A stretch of 64,000 bases of DNA from Bacteroidales bacterium (GTDB lineage Bacteria; Bacteroidota; Bacteroidia; Bacteroidales; UBA932): NCBI GenBank assembly GCA_012522855.1, contig JAAYJQ010000002.1:71607-135606 (forward strand), written 5' to 3'. A program made the translations under genes and the position numbers. Numbering within the stretch: position 1 is the stretch's first letter; every line of letters begins with the position of its first letter. Below, in pieces: positions 61,837 to 64,000 of this stretch. The notes beneath the pieces were generated by a model that made no database searches, had not been told where the DNA came from, and saw only the letters and a list, made by a program, of their open reading frames with translations.

Positions 61837-64000
61837 TCATTGGATATTCTGTTGGTACTCCGAAGGGAGACAGCCGTACTCATCTTTGAAGTATTTCGAG
61901 AATTGTTTTGGAGAGAATCCGACTTGCCAGGCAATCTGTGAAATGGAAGTTTCTCCACTTTCAAGCATTTCCAGCCCCCGTTTGATCCGGATGATTCGGA
62001 TGAATTCCAGCGGAGACTTTCCGGTGATGAACATCAGTTTCTTGTATAGGCTGCTGCGTGAAATACCGACTTCCGCGCTGAGTTCCTCAACAGAATACTC
62101 GCTATCCGTCAGATGTTTTTCGATCAGTCCGATCGTTTTGTCCAGAAGATCTTTGTCGAGCTTGCTCGCTGTGATGTCTGAGGTGTCGAGATGTAGATCG
62201 CCGATCTTTCTGTGATTGTCCTGTGTCCATTTAAGGAGGTTGTCAATCTTGAGGGTCAGGATCTCGAAATCGAAGGGCTTGGAGATATATTCATCCGCAC
62301 CTTCTCGCAAACCTATAAGGGCGTTTTCCTGCTGCTGTCTGGCGGTGAGCAGAATGATGGGGATATGGGAGTATCGGATGTCATTTTTGACTTGCTTGCA
62401 CAGTTCCAATCCATCCATTTCGGGCATCATAATGTCGCTCACGATGATATCGATGGGATGGCTGGCCAATTTTTCAAGTCCACTCCTGCCATTTCCTGCC
62501 TCTATCACTTTGTAACGCTCGGACAAGGAGTCTTTGAGGAATTTCCGGAACGGATCATTATCTTCCACAATCAGAATCCGTGCCTTCCCTGATGCTGCCT
62601 GACTCCTGTTATCAGGTTCTTGTTCACCTCCTGGCTCTTTTGATTTTGGAGACAGTTCTTCGTGTTTAATCGGAATCGTAACAGTAAAGATGCTTCCTTT
62701 GGGATGGTTATCAGTAACCGATATCTTTCCACCGTGAAGTTTGACATATTCGGCAGCGATGTGAAGTCCGATTCCGTTACCGGTAACAGCTTCTTTTCGA
62801 TGATCTTGATAAAATCTTTCAAAGATGTGGCGTTTGCCCTCATCGCTTATCCCGATGCCGCTGTCTTCCACGGATATCACGGCATCATTACGATCCTTCT
62901 GAACCGATACTTTTACATAACCGCCAGGGTTGTTGTACTTGAATGCGTTGCTAAGAAGATTCTGGATGATCCTCATCATCTTATCCCTGTCAAAATCCAT
63001 CAGAATGGGTTCTTCGTTCGGTTCCAAGGTAAAGCTGACAGAATCATCAATGAATAGCAGGTTGAATGAACTACAAAGGTCATTAATAAATTTCACCAGG
63101 TCTCCGTAACTGGGTTTGAAACTGACTTTGGCTTTATCAATCTTTCTGAATTCAAGCAGACGGTCGATCTCGCCCATGAGAGTATGAGCGCTGCGGTTGA
63201 TAAGATCAAGATCCTTCTCGATTGGTTTTCCTTTGTTTTCGCGTAAGAGTTTTCCGAGCGGAGTAATGATCATTGTGAGCGGGGTTCGGAGATCATGGCC
63301 GATGTTTGTAAAAAATCTGAGTTTTGCTTCGTTTACCTCGTGTTTTTCTTGATCAAGCAGTTTTCGGTTTCTGGATTGAATAAGATTCAAGATGAAGGCG
63401 AGAATGAGAATAAAACAGAAAGCATACAGGGAAAATGCTATCCAAGATTTCCAAAAGGGAGGAGCCACAGAAATTTGTAGTGCAAGAGGCATGATATCTG
63501 TGTTGCCCGTGCCTGCAATCCGTACATACAATAAGTGGTTCCCGGGTTGAAACCCATTAATGAATAGCACATTCCCTTGCATTAGGTTCCAGTTTCCCTT
63601 GTGGTCAATAGCATACTCATATCGGATCTTGTTTCGATTGAGATAGTCCATGGCAGAGACTTCGATGTCAAGAATGTCCTTATACTTGATACGGATTTTA
63701 TCTGATGTGCCTTTCTCCGGGATAGGAATGTTTTTCCCAGAAACCCCTATCCCTGTAAATGAGAGGGAATTTGGTCTCTTGATTCGAATGAAATCGTCTG
63801 GCCTAACGCGGAGAACTTGACCCCCGGTTCCCATAAGAATGTCTCCGTTTCCCGCACAAAAGACTGTTCCTTTGGTAAATGGGCTGTCACCAATTCCATC
63901 TTCTTCATAAAAAGGATAACACCGGATGGTCAGTTTCTCATCCATAGGGTCATCTATGATGTAGAGGTATGTGAAGCCGTTGTCTGTGGTTACCCACAGG
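61837..64000 (-). CDS. hybrid two-component system regulator (sensor His kinase + receiver + AraC HTH), C-terminal ~720 aa; N-terminus lies outside the window
   Basis: The frame stays open to the window edge (LWVTTDNGFTYLYIIDDP propeller/Y_Y_Y-like). TM helix, H-box IGHDLRTPLT, ATPase G-box GNGIGLHIA, receiver ILIVEDN...SDIMMPEMDG, and a C-terminal AraC-type HTH. Confidence 0.9.
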   Translation of the reverse strand, partial: LWVTTDNGFTYLYIIDDPMDEKLTIRCYPFYEEDGIGDSPFTKGTVFCAGNGDILMGTGGQVLRVRPDDFIRIKRPNSLSFTGIGVSGKNIPIPEKGTSDKIRIKYKDILDIEVSAMDYLNRNKIRYEYAIDHKGNWNLMQGNVLFINGFQPGNHLLYVRIAGTGNTDIMPLALQISVAPPFWKSWIAFSLYAFCFILILAFILNLIQSRNRKLLDQEKHEVNEAKLRFFTNIGHDLRTPLTMIITPLGKLLRENKGKPIEKDLDLINRSAHTLMGEIDRLLEFRKIDKAKVSFKPSYGDLVKFINDLCSSFNLLFIDDSVSFTLEPNEEPILMDFDRDKMMRIIQNLLSNAFKYNNPGGYVKVSVQKDRNDAVISVEDSGIGISDEGKRHIFERFYQDHRKEAVTGNGIGLHIAAEYVKLHGGKISVTDNHPKGSIFTVTIPIKHEELSPKSKEPGGEQEPDNRSQAASGKARILIVEDNDPFRKFLKDSLSERYKVIEAGNGRSGLEKLASHPIDIIVSDIMMPEMDGLELCKQVKNDIRYSHIPIILLTARQQQENALIGLREGADEYISKPFDFEILTLKIDNLLKWTQDNHRKIGDLHLDTSDITASKLDKDLLDKTIGLIEKHLTDSEYSVEELSAEVGISRSSLYKKLMFITGKSPLEFIRIIRIKRGLEMLESGETSISQIAWQVGFSPKQFSKYFKDEYGCLPSEYQQNIQ

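Overview
This window looks like a Bacteroidota (Bacteroidales-like) chromosomal segment. Evidence: a SusC/SusD pair, many TAnnTTTG '-7' promoter boxes, A-rich leaders without Shine-Dalgarno sequences, and lipoprotein or signal-peptide N-termini. I can support about 55 protein-coding genes, two tRNA-Pro genes, three strong bidirectional hairpin terminators and a set of promoter boxes. I saw no rRNA, CRISPR array, transposase, integrase, phage or plasmid genes.

Most of the content is ordinary housekeeping: comM fragment, tsaE, M23 peptidase, mdh, lepA, ackA plus a Ptb-type acyltransferase, nrnA, rsmD, pepO-like M13 peptidase, LolD/LolE-like ABC parts, purB, cstA and gnd. There are also two ECF sigma modules, a LemA-DUF2207 pair and isolated glycosidases (GH2, GH29).

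The most unusual feature is a ~14 kb block at 10.1-24.1 kb, lying immediately 3' of tRNA-Pro(UGG) and lower in GC than its flanks. It is a nine-gene co-directional operon: six predicted esterases and one GH127-like hydrolase, followed by SusC/SusD, with no linked regulator. It is my best candidate for an undescribed uptake and de-esterification system, but that reading is inference from motifs and synteny only.

Other items worth a second look:
- a tRNA-Pro whose anticodon reads AGG (A34);
- two gene-free intergenic regions with structured direct repeats (49.5-49.9 kb and 60.04-60.49 kb);
- an ECF sigma partner that combines an inner-membrane anchor with an outer-membrane beta-barrel;
- a sharply low-GC hybrid two-component regulator at the right edge.

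The many very long antisense or alternate-frame ORFs in the track are explained by codon bias and were rejected. All coordinates and motif calls were made by eye and have not been checked by any search.
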